Assembly: GCA_024692165.1 (NCBI GenBank)
Contig: JAILMY010000095.1
Location: 1 to 60,802, forward strand
Reading direction: 5' to 3'
DNA length: 60,802 nt
Origin: Butyrivibrio sp.
Lineage (GTDB): Bacteria > Bacillota > Clostridia > Lachnospirales > Lachnospiraceae
Part shown: positions 20,168 through 29,978 of the stretch, one piece after another
How positions within the stretch are numbered: position 1 is the stretch's first letter
How the letters are laid out: every line of letters begins with the position of its first letter
Made by a program: the position numbers and the translations under genes
The notes under the pieces: model-generated
Told to the model about the DNA's origin: nothing
The model's database searches: none
Seen by the model: the letters and a program-made list of their open reading frames with translations, nothing else

Positions 20168-21220
20168 TTAAGGGGCTTCAACCATATATTCTTTACCATT
20201 TGCAACTATGCTTCTCACATCAGGTATGGAACTAAATATCTTCTCGTCAACATAGTTAAATTTATCCGGTGTAGTCCCGGCTTCCAGGGCCTTGATAAGT
20301 GCTTCAACTCTGGGGCCATGAAGAGGATTACACTCTGCTATACAGGAAATCTTCCCCTCCCTGGCATAGGAGAGAGCCTTCTCATTAACACCGTCAAAGG
20401 ATACAACCATTATTTCACCATTTGCTATGTCAGAACCGACCTTCTTGCCGGCGCTCTCTATGGCATCGATAGCTCCAATGGCTTCGTTATCATTTTCGCA
20501 GTATACGATATTGATATTATTAAAACGCTTCAGCAGGGCATCGGTAACCTCCCGGCCCTTGGTTTCAGTGAAATCTCCCGAAACCTCTGCCATAAGGTCC
20601 CATCCATACTCTCTTGCAGCATTGGCAAGCCCTCGTGTACGACCTATCTGAGCTGTCGATCCGATACTTCCCTGAATATTAACGATATGAATATCCTCAG
20701 GAGCAATACCCTTTCCCTCTGTATAGGCCTTGATCCATGAGGCCATCTTAATGCCCTCCAGCTCAAAATCTGAGCCAACCCAGCAGGAATAAAGGTTTTT
20801 GTCAGCTGCATTTACCTTTCTGTCCACCAGGATTACCGGAATTTCGGCGTCTCTGGCCTCGGAAAGCACAGACTCCCATCCATCCTCTGTGGCAGGGGCA
20901 AGAACTATATAGTCCACCTCCTGCTGAATAAACATCCTTATGGCGGTAATCTGATTGGCCTGCTTTTGCTGACCGTTTTTATATATCAGAGAATATCCCT
21001 TTTCCTCGGAGAAAGTGCTAAGCATAGAATCAGTATTGGCACTTCTCCAATCTGATTCTGCTCCCAACTGAGAGAAGCCGACAGTAATATAGCTGTCGGC
21101 TTTTGTATCCTCTTCAGTGTTAATACTTGTCTCACCCGTAGTTGTAGCGCTATTGCCGCATCCGATAAAAATACTTGATATAAGCAGCAATCCTGCCACC
21201 CTCTTGATGAAATTGTTCAT
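20168..21220 (-). CDS. Sugar ABC substrate-binding lipoprotein (YtfQ-like, second copy)
   Basis: Lipobox FIGC; VGFSQLGAESDWRSANT, ENDNEAIGA, ECNPLHGP. Start ATG 21220 (MNNFIK). Confidence 0.88.
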   Translation of the reverse strand: MNNFIKRVAGLLLISSIFIGCGNSATTTGETSINTEEDTKADSYITVGFSQLGAESDWRSANTDSMLSTFSEEKGYSLIYKNGQQKQANQITAIRMFIQQEVDYIVLAPATEDGWESVLSEARDAEIPVILVDRKVNAADKNLYSCWVGSDFELEGIKMASWIKAYTEGKGIAPEDIHIVNIQGSIGSTAQIGRTRGLANAAREYGWDLMAEVSGDFTETKGREVTDALLKRFNNINIVYCENDNEAIGAIDAIESAGKKVGSDIANGEIMVVSFDGVNEKALSYAREGKISCIAECNPLHGPRVEALIKALEAGTTPDKFNYVDEKIFSSIPDVRSIVANGKEYMVEAP

Positions 21221-21233
21221 AACTTCTTTTTCC

Positions 21234-22268
21234 TTACGCTTTAAGTGCCTTCTTTTTCTGGGCCATAACAACACTCTGGATAACAAGGAAAATGCAGAGC
21301 ATTGCTGCGATTGTAATTCCTGTCCATCATGCCTGATCCAGACCGGCGGAAGCTACAATATTCTGAATGGTACTAAGTGAAAGAACACCAAAAAGCGTTC
21401 CGATTATGTTACCAACACCACCTGTCAGCATTGTTCCGCCGATGATTGATGAAGCAATGGCATTCATCTCCATACCCATGGCATGGCTGGCAGAACCGGA
21501 TCCAACATGGAGGAAATAAACATATCCGCCTATTCCGGCAAGAACACTACAGATAAGGTGTGAGAGGAACTTGGTCCTTCTTACATTGATACCCATCATA
21601 AGAGCACTCTGTTTGTTTCCGCCAACAGCGTAAAAACTTCTTCCAAGCCTGGTCCATCTAAGTACCAAGAATAATAATACCACAATAAGCAGCGCCACGA
21701 TTACACCAATTTCCACGTAGGCCGGCACATAGATTCCTTTTTTGTTTACTGAACCCATGAATGGCACATTAACTCTTGTAAGCTTCAGAGCATTGAACTC
21801 CTCGTCCTCAACATTGAAAGGAGCCGTGTTTACTATGGTTGTCATACCTCTGGCAAAAAACATTCCGGCAAGGGATACGATAAATGGCTGAATATCAAGA
21901 ACTGCCACCAAAAATCCCTGCACCAGACCAAATGCTATACCGATACCCAGAGCGATAAGTATTGATCCTATGATACTACCGCCCTTGTGATCCAGGTATA
22001 CGGCACAACTCATTGAAACCAGTGCAACCACACCACCTACGGAAATATCTATTCCTCCCGAGATCATAACAATGCTCATTCCGCAGGCAGTTATTATAAG
22101 GGCCGCATTCGCATTCAGAATGTTAAAGAACATCTGAGGCTTGGTAAATCCACCGCCCTGTATAACAATGGCTCCAATGTACATTAACAGAAATATAACA
22201 ATTGTTATCGTAAGGAGGAGGCTCGTGTCGTTCATTTTGTTAAAGATACTTTTTTTCTCTTTATTCAT
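21234..22268 (-). pseudogene. yjfF: Sugar ABC permease (YjfF-like) interrupted by an in-frame TGA at 21327-21329
   Basis: GGIDISVG and GGTMLTGGVG motifs. The frame reads ...GLDQA*WTGITIAAMLCIFLVIQSVVMAQKKKALKA* and continues 30 codons past the TGA to TAA 21234-21236, just before the next gene's RBS. Confidence 0.75.
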
Positions 22269-23332
22269 TACGCCGCCTCCTTCCTTTTAGCCATATTTTT
22301 TCCCAGTCGAGCCATGTAGTCTCTTACAGTTGGTGCTGAGAATACTACAAGAAGGATAACTACAACTGCCTTATATGCTGCAAGGGCATCTGACTGAACA
22401 TTGAACTTGTACAGTGTTGTAGTCAGGAACTGAATTACATAGGCTCCGAGAATTGAAGCCCACATGTTGAACTTTCCTCCGGAAAGTGCATTTCCTCCAA
22501 GAGCAACGGCAAGAATGGCATCCATCTCAATGTCCTTGGCAATAACTGAGTAGTTGATGGTTGAAAGACGGCTAACCTTGATAAGAGCAGCCACAGCCAC
22601 ACAAAGTCCCAAAATTACGAAAGCGAGGAACTTGATAAATGTAGGATTTATACCGTTAAGTCTTGAGGAATTCTCGTTGATTCCCACTGCCTGAGTGTAA
22701 AGTCCCAGATTAGTAAACTTCAGAACCAGTGCAATTATAACGATGCAAATTGCAACTATAAATACTGTAGTAGGAATCGGTATTCCTGGAATAAAACTTC
22801 CAAAATAAGAGAACTTAGGATCCGGAACAATCGGAAGTTCATTGTTGTTGATCCATGCCGCAATTGATCTTCCTGCGGTAAACAGGATAAGTGTTGCGAT
22901 CATGGGCTGAATCTTGAATATGGCCACCAGCAAACCGTTAAAGGCACCACAGAGCATACCTACGATACAAGCCACAAGGAATGCCACGATGATAGGGGCC
23001 TGAATCTGATCCGGTCTTGAATTGCCACCGCAAAGAACACGGAGCATTGCAGAACCAGCAATAGCGATGGTTGCACCAACGGAAATATCCTGTCCGCCGG
23101 ATGCAGCAGTTACTAAAGTCATACCGATTGCAAGAATACCAAGTTCTGAGCCATAGTCCAGAATTGTAATGAGATATCCGGATAATACCGGATTTCCTGC
23201 ATTATTAGTTCCAAGGGTTATCCTAAAGAACCCCGGGTCATTGATAAGATTTATCACCGCAAGAAGGATAAGCGCCATAAGCGGGATAAACAGCTGATTT
23301 GATGTCAGCCTCTTAAAAAAGCTCTTTACCAT
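22268..23332 (-). CDS. Sugar ABC permease (YtfT-like)
   Basis: GGQDISVG, IQPMIATL and EMDAILAVALGG; hydrophobic. Confidence 0.9.
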   Translation of the reverse strand: MVKSFFKRLTSNQLFIPLMALILLAVINLINDPGFFRITLGTNNAGNPVLSGYLITILDYGSELGILAIGMTLVTAASGGQDISVGATIAIAGSAMLRVLCGGNSRPDQIQAPIIVAFLVACIVGMLCGAFNGLLVAIFKIQPMIATLILFTAGRSIAAWINNNELPIVPDPKFSYFGSFIPGIPIPTTVFIVAICIVIIALVLKFTNLGLYTQAVGINENSSRLNGINPTFIKFLAFVILGLCVAVAALIKVSRLSTINYSVIAKDIEMDAILAVALGGNALSGGKFNMWASILGAYVIQFLTTTLYKFNVQSDALAAYKAVVVILLVVFSAPTVRDYMARLGKNMAKRKEAA

Positions 23333-23335
23333 ACC

Positions 23336-24844
23336 TTACTCTCCTCCTGCGATAGTACTCATGATCTTATTCTGTGTAAGGTCATCGCCCGAAAGCTCCC
23401 CAACGACCTTTCTATCGCGCATTACTACTAATCTTGAGCAGGTTCTTAGCATCTCATCAGTTTCAGAGGAAATGAATGTTACACTCATACCCTCAGATGC
23501 AAGTTCCAGCACAAGCTTCTGGATATCTACCTTTGTTCCTACGTCGATACCTCTTGTGGGCTCATCAAGAATAAGATATTCAGGATGCATCAAAAGCCAT
23601 CTGGCCAGGATAACCTTCTGCTGATTACCACCAGAGAGGGATTTTATGGGGGTATCAACAGAGGCCGTCTTTATATTGAGTTTCTCAATATACTCCCTGG
23701 CAAACGCATTGGCTTGCGCCTTGCTAAACGGCTTAAAGAAGCCGGTAAGCACCTGAAGAGCCATGATTATATTTTCTCTGACTGACAGATCTCCGATGAT
23801 TCCGTCAAGCTTTCTATCCTCAGGCAGATAAGCAATGCCGTTCTTCATGGCATCAAGAGGCTTTGAAATCTTAACCTCTTTGCCCTTTACCTTAACATTG
23901 CCACCAATTACTCTGTCTGCACCAAAAATTGCTCTGACACACTCACTTCTTCCTGAACCAAGAAGACCTGTAAAGCCGTTAACTTCACCTTTTTTAATAT
24001 AGAAATCAAAGGGCTTGATTCCTGCATCACTCTGAAGGCCCTTTGCTTCGAATACTATTTCTCCTGCGTCCTGTCCATTATATGCCTCGTGCTCACCCTT
24101 AATATCAGAGAGGTCATCCATCTCTTTTCCGAGCATCTTGGCAACCAGCTGAACTCTGGGCAGATCCTTTATCTCATATTCACCAACCAGCTGGCCATCT
24201 CTAAGAACCGTAATCTTGTCACAAACTTCATACACCTGGTCAAGGAAGTGTGTAACAAAAATGATTCCTACTCCCATTTCCTTGAGGTCTCTCATGAGGC
24301 CAAAGAGCTTTTCAACCTCCTGCTCATCCAGAGAGGATGTGGGCTCGTCAAGGATAAGAACCTTACAATCCATATCAATGGCTCTGGCTATTGCCACCAT
24401 CTGCTGTACTGCAATTGAACAGTTTGAAAGCTGCTGAGTTGCGCTGGCCGGAATATCCAGCTGTTCTAACAGCTTGTCCGCGTTAGCATTCATCTGCTTC
24501 CAGTTTGTAAATGCGCCCTGTTCCCTACCTATAAACATATTCTCTGCTACAGTAAGGTTCGGACAAAGTGTAATTTCCTGATAAACGGTGCTTATTCCAA
24601 GCTTCTGTGCATCCTGTGGAGAGTGAATGGCAACCTCGCCTTTTCCCTCCAGCTCGATGGTTCCGTCATCCTTGGTATAAACTCCGGTCAAAACTTTTAT
24701 AAGCGTAGATTTTCCAGCTCCGTTTTCCCCCATCAGTGCATGGATTTCGCCTTTATTTAAGGTAAAATCCACATTTTGCAGCGCACGGACGCCTGGAAAT
24801 GTTTTATTGATGCCTCGCATCTTTAGCACTACATTTTCACTCAC
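23336..24844 (-). CDS. Sugar ABC ATP-binding protein (two ABC domains, YtfR/RbsA-like)
   Basis: GENGAGKST, LILDEPT twice, LSGGNQQKV. Start GTG 24844 after GAGGTG. Confidence 0.93.
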   Translation of the reverse strand: MSENVVLKMRGINKTFPGVRALQNVDFTLNKGEIHALMGENGAGKSTLIKVLTGVYTKDDGTIELEGKGEVAIHSPQDAQKLGISTVYQEITLCPNLTVAENMFIGREQGAFTNWKQMNANADKLLEQLDIPASATQQLSNCSIAVQQMVAIARAIDMDCKVLILDEPTSSLDEQEVEKLFGLMRDLKEMGVGIIFVTHFLDQVYEVCDKITVLRDGQLVGEYEIKDLPRVQLVAKMLGKEMDDLSDIKGEHEAYNGQDAGEIVFEAKGLQSDAGIKPFDFYIKKGEVNGFTGLLGSGRSECVRAIFGADRVIGGNVKVKGKEVKISKPLDAMKNGIAYLPEDRKLDGIIGDLSVRENIIMALQVLTGFFKPFSKAQANAFAREYIEKLNIKTASVDTPIKSLSGGNQQKVILARWLLMHPEYLILDEPTRGIDVGTKVDIQKLVLELASEGMSVTFISSETDEMLRTCSRLVVMRDRKVVGELSGDDLTQNKIMSTIAGGE

Positions 24845-24866
24845 GTTTTCACCTCGCCAAATCTTT

Positions 24867-25064
24867 AAAAACGGCGCAGAGCACAGCCCTGCGCCAATGT
24901 GTATCACTGTATGTGATGGTGATATGCGGATTGCTTCGCTGCGCTCTCGCAATCCTACAAACATTCGGAAATCGATCCGCTCATTCTTCGCGTATCTTTT
25001 TTCCTCATGTTTGTTCGATCCTCAAGGTCACGAGATGTATCATGCAAGCATGACATCTCGTGAC
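24867..25064. repeat. Cluster of inverted repeats (REP-like stem-loops), including a minus-strand terminator-like hairpin
   Basis: GGCGCAG..CTGCGCC (24873-24895, U-tract on minus), TATCAC..GTGATA, GGATTGC..GCAATCC (24928-24955), ACAAACAT..ATGTTTGT, GTCACGAGATGT..ACATCTCGTGAC (25027-25064). Confidence 0.65.
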
Positions 25065-25081
25065 TTTTCGTCTCTATATCA

Positions 25082-26074
25082 TCAGATCCCGTAGTTATCT
25101 ACATCTTCCTGTGTGATTGTTGAAGCATCGAAGCCCTTCTCATCCATGATGATTGTCTTCTGTGAAAGTGTTCCGCCACCCTCAAGAGTCTTGATGATGT
25201 CATCGATGTAGCTAGCCTGGAAAGGATTACACTGTCCGTCATAGTTCCAGTTCTGAGCAAGAAGCTCTTCAAGAGCCCACTTGTTGCAGTCAAAGCCCAT
25301 AACAACAACGTCCTTGCCAACACCGTGTGAGATACCTGCTGCATCAAGAGCTGCAACAGCGCCCTTAGCCATATCGTCGTTCTCAGCATAGATTACGTTG
25401 AAAGGTGTGCCAGCGTCGATAACTGACTGAACGATCTGCTGTGCCTTCTCAGCATTCCACTCAGCTGTCTGCTGCTTAACGATGTTCCAGTTAGCCTCTG
25501 CAGCAACCTTAGTGTCAAGAGCTCCACTTCTACCCTGCTGAGCAGCTGATCCCATAACACCCTGAATGTGGATTACGTTGTACTCTGAAAGTCCCTGACC
25601 TGCAAGCCAGTCAACAGCTGTCTGGCCTTCTTTAGCCATATCTGAAACGATAGAAGCCTCATAGAGACTAGAATCAGCATCGATAGTACGGTCGAAAAGG
25701 ATAACCTTTACGCCTGCAGCCTGAGCGTCCTGAAGAACTGAATCCCAGCCTGCTGTATCAGCTGCTGAAAGAAGAAGATAATCTACTTCATCCTGAATAA
25801 ATGTCTGAGCGTACTGAATCTGCTCATCATTCTTTAAGCTGTATGCAAAAGATGCATCATAGCCGTTTTCCTTTGTGAACTTAGCCTTTAAGTCAGAATC
25901 GTTAGCTGTACGATATCCGGACTCGTTAGGATCGTTGTTGATGATACCAACCTTGATAAGTCCATCTGCTCCGCCTGATGCTGCAGGAGCTGCTGTCTGT
26001 GAGCTGCTACCACATGCCATAAGCCCGAAAGCCATAGCAGTTGCCATAAATACCGCCAATACCTTTTTCTTCAT
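25082..26074 (-). CDS. Sugar ABC substrate-binding lipoprotein (YtfQ-like)
   Basis: Lipobox LMAC; ESGYRTAN, VIYAENDDMAKGA, QCNPFQ; strong RBS AGGAGG; biased codon usage. Confidence 0.92.
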   Translation of the reverse strand: MKKKVLAVFMATAMAFGLMACGSSSQTAAPAASGGADGLIKVGIINNDPNESGYRTANDSDLKAKFTKENGYDASFAYSLKNDEQIQYAQTFIQDEVDYLLLSAADTAGWDSVLQDAQAAGVKVILFDRTIDADSSLYEASIVSDMAKEGQTAVDWLAGQGLSEYNVIHIQGVMGSAAQQGRSGALDTKVAAEANWNIVKQQTAEWNAEKAQQIVQSVIDAGTPFNVIYAENDDMAKGAVAALDAAGISHGVGKDVVVMGFDCNKWALEELLAQNWNYDGQCNPFQASYIDDIIKTLEGGGTLSQKTIIMDEKGFDASTITQEDVDNYGI

Positions 26075-26207
26075 AGTTTCCTCCTAACATACGAAATCTT
26101 TTTAAGGGACCATTCCCTTCGAATTATATTTTAGGAAACCTACGAAAAATAACCATTAAATAATAAACGAAACTATGTTGAAATTTTTATGATTTCTTTA
26201 TAATGTT

Positions 26208-27545
26208 TCATTTTTCTACGATTATGTTTAAGATTTTCGGCAAACGGATTGAAACACAGCTTCCTTTTTCATACTCACTCTCAATGCTGATGCCATATTC
26301 CTCGCCAAAACTAAGGCGAATACGCTCATTAACATTATAAAGACCATAAATGGCTGTATTCTCCAGCTTCTCTCCCGTAAGGCCCTTGGTGATTTCCTTA
26401 AGGCGCTCAGGTTTCATGCCCTTTCCGTTGTCCTTGACCTGAATGAGCATGGTCTCCCCTTCATCCCTGCCGGTGACAGTAATGGTTCCTCCGCCTCTGA
26501 CATTCTTTATTCCATGGTACAGAGCATTCTCTACGATGGGCTGTATGGTTATCTTGGGAATCTGGAAGTCAAAAAGCTCCTCCGGTACATCTATCTCATA
26601 AGTTAAAATATCCTGATATCTTATCTGCTGAATCTCCAGGTAGCTCCTTACGTGCTGAAGCTCGTCCCTTATGGTCACTATTTCTTTTCCCTTATTGAGA
26701 GATGACCTGAAGAAATCAGAAAGGCTGCCTACCATCTTAACAACCTGCTTTTGATTGCCTGCCTCTGCGGACCAGACAATAGTATCCAGGGTATTATATA
26801 AGAAATGAGGGTTTATCTGGGCCTGCAAAAGCTCAAATTCCGCCTTTCGAAGCTGTTTCTGTTCTCTGGTAACCTGCTCCTCAATGGGCTTTGTGATCCA
26901 CATAGGACCTACGATGGATACCACAATTATGGCCACAAGAATAAAGCAAAAAATAGCAATTGATATCTTTGCGGTATTGAGATATAGGGCAGTATTCTCA
27001 GCCTGAGCTATCTGAATCTGTTTATTCTCATAGTAAATATATTCGTTTATTGTCTCCTGTAAAAGAGATGTAACAATCTGAACATCATTCTCCCAGATGA
27101 GCATATTTTTCTCATACCGGTTGCCGTTTTCCAAATTGATTTTAATCTTCTCGATATAGCCGTCGAGATTGCTCAGATACTTCTGGGCGCTGGTAAGCCT
27201 CTGGCGGTTTTCTGTGTTTTCCGTATACTTATCAAGGCTCTCAACGACATTTCTGGCCCCTGCCAGAAGGGCTGTGGTCCTTGAATCCTCCGGTGACACA
27301 TTTCCAACGATCAAAAGATAGGTTTCGTAGTCGAAATCCTCTTTGAAATCCAGACTGAATTCGCTGGCTGCCACCACCGAATTAAGCATGTCATTATATC
27401 TTTCCTTGATCAGCCACAGATTATAAAATGCAAACAGCATAAATACGATGTTTGGTAAAAGAAGTACCAGATAGGTAATTCGAATCTGCGTAGCGAGAAA
27501 CGGCTTGCCGCTTTCGACTCGTTTCTTTATGAATTCCTTCATCAA
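26208..27545 (-). CDS. YesM/LytS-type sensor histidine kinase (no HAMP domain)
   Basis: LQAQINPHFLYNTLD, IQPIVENALYHG, DNGKGM and YGLYNVNERI; two TMs. Confidence 0.9.
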   Translation of the reverse strand: MMKEFIKKRVESGKPFLATQIRITYLVLLLPNIVFMLFAFYNLWLIKERYNDMLNSVVAASEFSLDFKEDFDYETYLLIVGNVSPEDSRTTALLAGARNVVESLDKYTENTENRQRLTSAQKYLSNLDGYIEKIKINLENGNRYEKNMLIWENDVQIVTSLLQETINEYIYYENKQIQIAQAENTALYLNTAKISIAIFCFILVAIIVVSIVGPMWITKPIEEQVTREQKQLRKAEFELLQAQINPHFLYNTLDTIVWSAEAGNQKQVVKMVGSLSDFFRSSLNKGKEIVTIRDELQHVRSYLEIQQIRYQDILTYEIDVPEELFDFQIPKITIQPIVENALYHGIKNVRGGGTITVTGRDEGETMLIQVKDNGKGMKPERLKEITKGLTGEKLENTAIYGLYNVNERIRLSFGEEYGISIESEYEKGSCVSIRLPKILNIIVEK

Positions 27546-29158
27546 AGCTCCTCCTGGCCGTTTCCACCCCTGAACTGTGTTGTCGTTACTCCCTGTGTCT
27601 TCTTAAATAAATATGAGAAATAATGAGGATCCTTATATCCCACCAAAAGACCTATCTCATTGCTTCTCTTGGATGTGGAGGTCAACAGCTCTTTTGCCTT
27701 ATCCATTCTGTAATCCGTAAGGTATTTGATAAATGTCTGACCTGTTTCCTGCCTGAATACGGCACTGAGGTGATTGGGCGAGAAATTTACATGGGCTGCC
27801 AGCTGATTGAGTGAAAGATCATCTTCAGCATAATGCTCGTCAATGTAGTTAATAACCTCTCTCACCGCCTCTCTGTAGTGACCTATAGAGTTCTCATTTC
27901 GAAGAGTGATGGCCTTGTCCATAAGGTTGTACAAATACTCACAGGTGCTGTCTTCATCAGCCATAAGCTCTGCAGTGGGAATAAGCTCCTCCACGCTGTC
28001 CTTGGGCAGTAACAGCTCTGTTTCCACAAATTCCGTAACGCAGAAATAGATGTCCATGGCGATATACTGTCTGAGCATAGTGGATTTCATAGCATTTTTG
28101 CCCATGCCATTAAAGAACTCCCTCATGAAGAACTCCGTCTCTGAAACATCGCCCTTTCTAAGGAACTCCTTGATGAGCTTTCTGTCTATATGCTTGGAAT
28201 CCACTTCAGAGAGGATCACGTTATCCAAATGTGGATTCAGCTTCTCCTCAGATCCCACCAGGAAGTTACTTTCCTCAGACAGATAAATATGCGCATAAGC
28301 CCTGCTAGCCCAGTTAAAGGAAACAGGGATATCATTTATTCTCTCTACCACCTGGCCCACGCCGCCGAAGTATCTGATATGGTCATTAAGGGAAAAGAGC
28401 TCCTGCATCTTCTCAAGGCATTCTGCGATGTTACTGTCCACCTCATCCTTAGTTTTGCCTCTGAACAAAAGCGCCTTTCCATCCAGGTTCATATCAAAGG
28501 AAATAGCACCGTACTTAAGGGCCAGTTCAGGAATCTTCTCATCAACGCTTACTACACTACGGGAATACTCACTGACATCGTGCTTGATGGACCACACCTT
28601 AACCAAAACAATATTGTAAAATGGCGCCAGAAGTTCTATGGAAAGCTTACGGGAGGCGTTGATAATGTAGTTGATCTCACGTCTTCCGGTAACAAGATCC
28701 TTAAAAAGGTCCTGTTTCTCCAGCTCAACGCGTTCCTTCATATCCTCTTCATATTTTCTTGCAACTTCTCTTTCGCGATTTTTCTCTATAATGCGCCTTG
28801 CTACAGCATCAATCTCTGACAGGAGATTGTCGCCGCTTATGGGCTTGCTGAGATAAGAAGCCACACCGATCCTAATGGCTTCCTTTGCATATTCAAAATC
28901 TTCATATCCTGTAAGAAGTATTATCTCTGTATTGGGAAATTCTGCCTTGACCAGACGGCTTAGTGTAAGTCCGTCCATAAACGGCATTCTGATATCTGTG
29001 ATAAGGATGTCCGGTCTCTCCTTTTGTATCATGGAATAAGCCACTTCCCCGTCGCCGGCTTCTCCACAAAAGTCATATCCATGGGCACCCCAGTTTATAT
29101 TGTTCTTGATTCCCTCGCGGATTACGAACTCATCCTCCGCTAAAAATACCTTTAACAT
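27542..29158 (-). CDS. YesN-type response regulator (REC plus AraC HTH)
   Basis: VFLAEDE..ITDIRMPFMDG..YLSKP; C-terminal VGYKDPHYFSYLFKK. Start ATG 29158; extended -10 TGGTACAAT upstream. Confidence 0.92.
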   Translation of the reverse strand: MLKVFLAEDEFVIREGIKNNINWGAHGYDFCGEAGDGEVAYSMIQKERPDILITDIRMPFMDGLTLSRLVKAEFPNTEIILLTGYEDFEYAKEAIRIGVASYLSKPISGDNLLSEIDAVARRIIEKNREREVARKYEEDMKERVELEKQDLFKDLVTGRREINYIINASRKLSIELLAPFYNIVLVKVWSIKHDVSEYSRSVVSVDEKIPELALKYGAISFDMNLDGKALLFRGKTKDEVDSNIAECLEKMQELFSLNDHIRYFGGVGQVVERINDIPVSFNWASRAYAHIYLSEESNFLVGSEEKLNPHLDNVILSEVDSKHIDRKLIKEFLRKGDVSETEFFMREFFNGMGKNAMKSTMLRQYIAMDIYFCVTEFVETELLLPKDSVEELIPTAELMADEDSTCEYLYNLMDKAITLRNENSIGHYREAVREVINYIDEHYAEDDLSLNQLAAHVNFSPNHLSAVFRQETGQTFIKYLTDYRMDKAKELLTSTSKRSNEIGLLVGYKDPHYFSYLFKKTQGVTTTQFRGGNGQEEL

Positions 29159-29220
29159 ACCAAGTCTCCCTACCCCATGCACCTTAGGTGCACTCACGAG
29201 GCTATTGTACCATGAACCAC

Positions 29221-29260
29221 ATAAAAATCGCCACTGCTAATCAAATCAATTAGCAGTGGC
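29221..29260 (-). terminator. Intrinsic terminator after the PRTase-like gene
   Basis: Perfect 12-bp stem GCCACTGCTAAT/ATTAGCAGTGGC (29230-29260), followed by GATTTTTAT on the minus strand. Confidence 0.8.
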
Positions 29261-29305
29261 AAGTATTTGTTCATTATTATTCTTATTGGTCAATCAGCTA
29301 ATAGC

Positions 29306-29947
29306 TCAATCCAAGGTTGAATATCCGAAGCCGTTGCAGATAGCATCGATCGGAACACCCTCTTTACAGAGCTTACAGCCATCATGAGGGTAACTTACAT
29401 AATCCGGGAAATCTCTCTTGGTGAAAAGAGCTCTTATCGGAATATTCTCAATCTGGGTAGCAATAGAGAATACTGCAGATATTCCTACAATCTCGCCCTG
29501 ATAGAACCTTACGGAATTCAGCGCTGTCAGAAGAGTTCCTCCTGTTGTTGCCGAATCAATAAGGATCAGTACCTTCTTACCGGCAATCATGTGCTTATTG
29601 TTGTCTCTGAACATCATCTGACTATTAACATTGTATTCGGGAGATGTAATATACATTGTCTTATGGGAGTTCAAGGAAATAATGCCAGCCTGAGTCAGCT
29701 TATCTCCCATATACGCACCAACAACCTCCATGCCGTTAAGGCAAAGAATAGTATCAATTACATCCGAAGCCAAATACATCTCAGCCAAAGCCTCACCGGT
29801 TGCCCTGGCTTCCTTCATTCTGGCTTTTGTATCACACAGATCCATGTAATAGTTTACGTGAGAATGGGGTGTAATAAAATGCCCCGGTGTGATACGAAGA
29901 ATTACGTCATTGTGCCCATTGTACTGAATCTTCTTATAGTTCTCCAT
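29306..29947 (-). CDS. Type I phosphoribosyltransferase-fold protein (orotate PRTase-like, degenerate PRPP loop)
   Basis: GHFITPHSHVNYY, KKVLILIDSATTGGT and C-terminal CKLC. Confidence 0.75.
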   Translation of the reverse strand: MENYKKIQYNGHNDVILRITPGHFITPHSHVNYYMDLCDTKARMKEARATGEALAEMYLASDVIDTILCLNGMEVVGAYMGDKLTQAGIISLNSHKTMYITSPEYNVNSQMMFRDNNKHMIAGKKVLILIDSATTGGTLLTALNSVRFYQGEIVGISAVFSIATQIENIPIRALFTKRDFPDYVSYPHDGCKLCKEGVPIDAICNGFGYSTLD

Positions 29948-29978
29948 AATGTAACCCCCTTACAATTATGATATCACA

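Noticed and set aside
21327-21329. Selenocysteine or genetic code 4 explanation for the in-frame TGA
   Set aside because: The expected residue is Trp in a membrane permease rather than a catalytic Cys. Many genes here end in TGA, some with TGATG/ATGA coupling (moxR, the response regulator), so TGA is a normal stop.
24845-24964. Longest-ORF N-terminal extensions (for example 24964, 21286, 17970, 29197, 2195, 59191)
   Set aside because: Downstream starts generally have better SD sequences and match family N-termini, and some extensions run through hairpins or neighbouring genes.
24845-25081. Possible CRISPR array, tRNA or riboswitch in the hairpin-rich spacer
   Set aside because: No direct repeat-spacer periodicity, no cloverleaf or T-loop, and no riboswitch consensus that I recognise.
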